DNA from: Amoebophrya sp. A120
Taxonomy: Eukaryota; Protista; Dinoflagellata
Assembly: GCA_905178155.1 (NCBI GenBank)
Contig: CAJINV010000005.1
Location: 8,596,019-8,660,018, forward strand
Direction: 5' to 3'
Length of the DNA stretch: 64,000 bases
Positions 61,401 through 64,000 of the stretch are shown here, one piece after another; positions within the stretch are counted from its first letter, which is position 1, and each line of letters opens with the position of its first letter. The notes beneath the pieces were generated by a model. That model made no database searches. It was not told the DNA's origin and was given only the letters and a program-made list of their open reading frames with translations. The position numbers and the translations under genes are program-made.

Positions 61401-62352
61401 TTGCTCCGCATGACAAACTTGTGCCTCTAAGCGGATTTATGCATGACAGTTTCCATTTTCATATTACACCTAAATCAATACAGCTTCGTCTTCTACACGA
61501 AAGTGGAGTCGATTCATTTCGTGAAAGATGAAGAGAAGGACACCCCGCTATCCACAGAGACCCATCCCCATGCCCATTCATTTTTTGCATGACAAACAGT
61601 GGACTTTATGCATATTTTGCATGGCAAATTGGATGAGGATGGGCGTTTTTTCCTGGATACCCGGCGATGAAGCACTATGAGGAGTTCACCCACGGTAGCC
61701 ACGACTATGCCTTGCAAAAATTGACACTGTCGCTGTATCGTGCGCAGTACTATCATGGTGGTAGATCGAGAGATGATGGCACATCTACTTAACTTAGTAC
61801 AAGAAAAAGAAAAACGCGCAAATGTTGAAAGTCGATCATGCCGTTCGGAAAATACATGCTAGAACCTACCTATTCACACGCCACAGGCATCTTCTTCTAT
61901 GCTGATATAAGAACTTTCTCGATCTTCTTGTATACATAGACCAATGCGTCGATACAACTTTTGCCTCTCCTCGTCATAGCCTACTCCTGACCACGATCGG
62001 GCTGGAAATGGGGCCAGCATCAGCAAGCGAGCAGGCTCCCGCAGAGACGACCTTTGCCGACCGCTGGACCGTGTATACAATCGCGCCGCAACCGGAGAAG
62101 AAGCAAGGAGCCGCGCCTTCAAACACGATGCCCGCAGTCGTGGACGCGGCCGGCAGAAACGATCTCGCACCCCCACTACAGTCCAGCGGACAAGAAGAGG
62201 ATCCCGTGATAGGTGTAGCAACCGCAGCGAGAGTGGCGCAAGCGGTGGGCCGCGACGATGCTGGATCGGCGGCATCGGCTGCGCAGGTTTTCGCGACCCC
62301 TTCCTCATCGTCACAAATGCCAACGTTGCCGCACCACGGACCGATGGGGTAG
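52496..62352 (+). CDS. 1217-aa protein of unknown function (N-terminal hydrophobic segment, one further TM-like segment), 27 exons
   Basis: Introners at 52543-52807, 52846-53170, 53231-53592, 53749-53905, 53974-54128, 54410-54519, 54560-54704, 54745-55015, 55138-55455, 55508-55787, 56031-56246, 56308-56465, 56530-56816, 56875-57168, 57284-57440, 57489-57770, 58418-58567, 58625-58892, 58952-59204, 59292-59444, 59513-59791, 59893-60340, 60796-61116 and 61549-61659, plus GT-AG introns 61348-61483 and 61758-61939. The remaining 3654 nt read open from ATG to TAG. Confidence 0.82.
52543..61659. mobile_element. cluster of 24 introners (families A-G and others) within one gene
   Basis: Each has TAT(or variant)...ATA TIRs and a 5-bp direct repeat, e.g. 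GAGGT, TGCTC, GCACG, GCGAA, GAGAG, CAGCA, GCAGC, AGCGC, GCTCT, CCACG, TTCTG, GCAGT, GCGGG, TGAGC, AGAGG, CCTCG, CCACA. Confidence 0.92.
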
Positions 62353-64000
62353 AGAGCGTCGTGTTGGAACCGAGAAAGACGAAAATCATGACTTTTTTGA
62401 GAATAAGGGCTTGAAAATATTACGTTTTGCGACTGACCCTTCCGGTATTGGTATATTAGGCACATTTTTGAACCAGAACCATAATTGCTCATCTGGCAGT
62501 GCTACTGCTGCTTGTCTTTCTTCATTCTCAAAAGCAACTTTTATTCTGCGAAAATTGCAGCCCTGCTTCTTGTGCTACCAGTTTTGGTCAACACCTCTTT
62601 TGCGGTTTGCAAGCAAATGCGAAATAGAGAATAAAGATCGACATCGAATGAATGGAAGTTTTTGTTTGGAATAGTTTCAACCAAATATTTCGATTACCAC
62701 CACCTGTTTGCCCACACGAGAAGAGAAATTCTATCCGACGAAAATGACATGAACGAAGGAGAATTCATGCCTGGTGAGAGAAAATCCAATACGAAAAATC
62801 ACAATCACGATTGCATCGAAGGAAAATAAACACATTTTTGATGTGGTGTTTGATGAATTTGAATCCTGAGCAATCGAATAAAATATCAGTCAAACCTTGA
62901 CGAGAACATATCGCACACGATATTCCGATCCATCTCGATCAGAAAGAGTCGGCTTTTCACACCCATATTGGAATCAATCAACATATGAATCTTCAGAATC
63001 TGGATGGAATGGGAAAATTGAAAATTGATAGACTCTGTTCCGATTTCTCTAGTTGATTTCTCTATATCGATATTTCGAATGATAGGATTGATTTTTTTCG
63101 AATTTGTGTCATCCATACATCGAATGATTGATGGAGGATTTTTCTATATCGATATTTTCTTTCTTTCTTTCTTTCCATGTCCGGGCATGGCTTCAAATGT
63201 TCAAGGCCCTAAAGAATCCTCTTCATCCATTTTCAACCTGCTCTCTTGATCATCAATTTCCTGCTGCGAGAATATATAAGCACCTGAGAATAAACATAAA
63301 AATAAAAATAGATCCGAAAAAAAGATTTCGATTGATCTCTGGGTGTGTGTGAAAAGAATTACAATAGCTTTTTCGGGTCTGGTGAAGATCTAACTCTCCT
63401 ACAAAATTCGATTTCTTTTGTTAGTGTTCTCTTCTTCTGAATTTCAAATGCAAAAGTGTCTTCTGGATTTCAAATGTAAGAGTGTCTTCTGATATTTCGA
63501 ATGATAGGATTGATTTTTTTCGAATTTGTGTCATCCATATATCGAATGATTGATGGAGATTTCAGAAATGTAATCATCGAATCTGTCTGGGTGTGTCTAT
63601 CTCACATAGATTTGTCCATTTTCATCATCATTCACATCATCATATCATCCATTTTCAAAAGATTATGATGGTCTCATATCATCCATTTTCAAAAGATTAG
63701 GAAAAATATTGGATGGGATAATGCAGAATTTTTTGTAAAGGAGATTTCTTTTCATTTTCCAAAATTCTTTGAAAATTTTCCCGATATCGAAATTCCAATA
63801 TCATTTCATCCAGGATTATTCATCCAGATATGGAACGTGTGGACCTCATCACCAAAATTGGATCAGAAAAAACAAACCGCACGAACACGCAAGCACGAAT
63901 TCCGAAAGCAGAAAACTGCACGCTACGATGCTAAGACATCATCTTTTTCTTCCTTTTTCTCTTCATCTTTTTTCAAATTGCTGGCGAAGAGAGCTCCATA

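Noticed and set aside
623-61659. Many 60-150 aa ORFs with recurring FQTQT, CKNVWVW and ISILTLP peptides
   Set aside because: These are translations of introner TIRs, not a protein family.
62830-64000. AT-rich terminal region with a roughly 70-bp direct repeat (about 63070 and 63491)
   Set aside because: No coding or terminal features visible; truncated by the window edge.

Overview
Eukaryotic genomic DNA, most likely from an Amoebophrya-type (Syndiniales) parasitic dinoflagellate; this is inferred from the intron architecture, not from a marker gene. The dominant signal is about 60 short (110-450 bp, one 999 bp) MITE-like elements in roughly 10 families. Nearly all begin TAT and end ATA, carry 10-30 bp terminal inverted repeats and shared internal GCATNACAAA motifs, and sit between 5-bp direct repeats. 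They lack GT-AG boundaries, yet removing each element plus one repeat copy restores reading frames. This rebuilds a complete SPEF1/CLAMP gene (24545-28050, 281 aa, 10 such introns plus 1 GT-AG intron) and a 1217-aa unknown membrane/secreted protein gene (52496-62352, 24 such introns plus 2 GT-AG introns). The sequence also shows (i) the same element in both orientations inside + strand genes, (ii) empty sites in a paralogue, and (iii) mismatched repeats that confine the splice point to inside the 5-bp repeat. Other content: a full-length but frameshifted Ty1/copia LTR retrotransposon (9682-18343) whose gag and RT are each split by a related GC-rich TIR element; an intronless signal-peptide + CaaX protein gene; a paralogous pair of secreted coiled-coil genes, one disrupted by a 3.3-kb captured genomic segment; and a 4-kb palindromic satellite bounded by inverted repeats. 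All gene models are hand reconstructions without RNA evidence.
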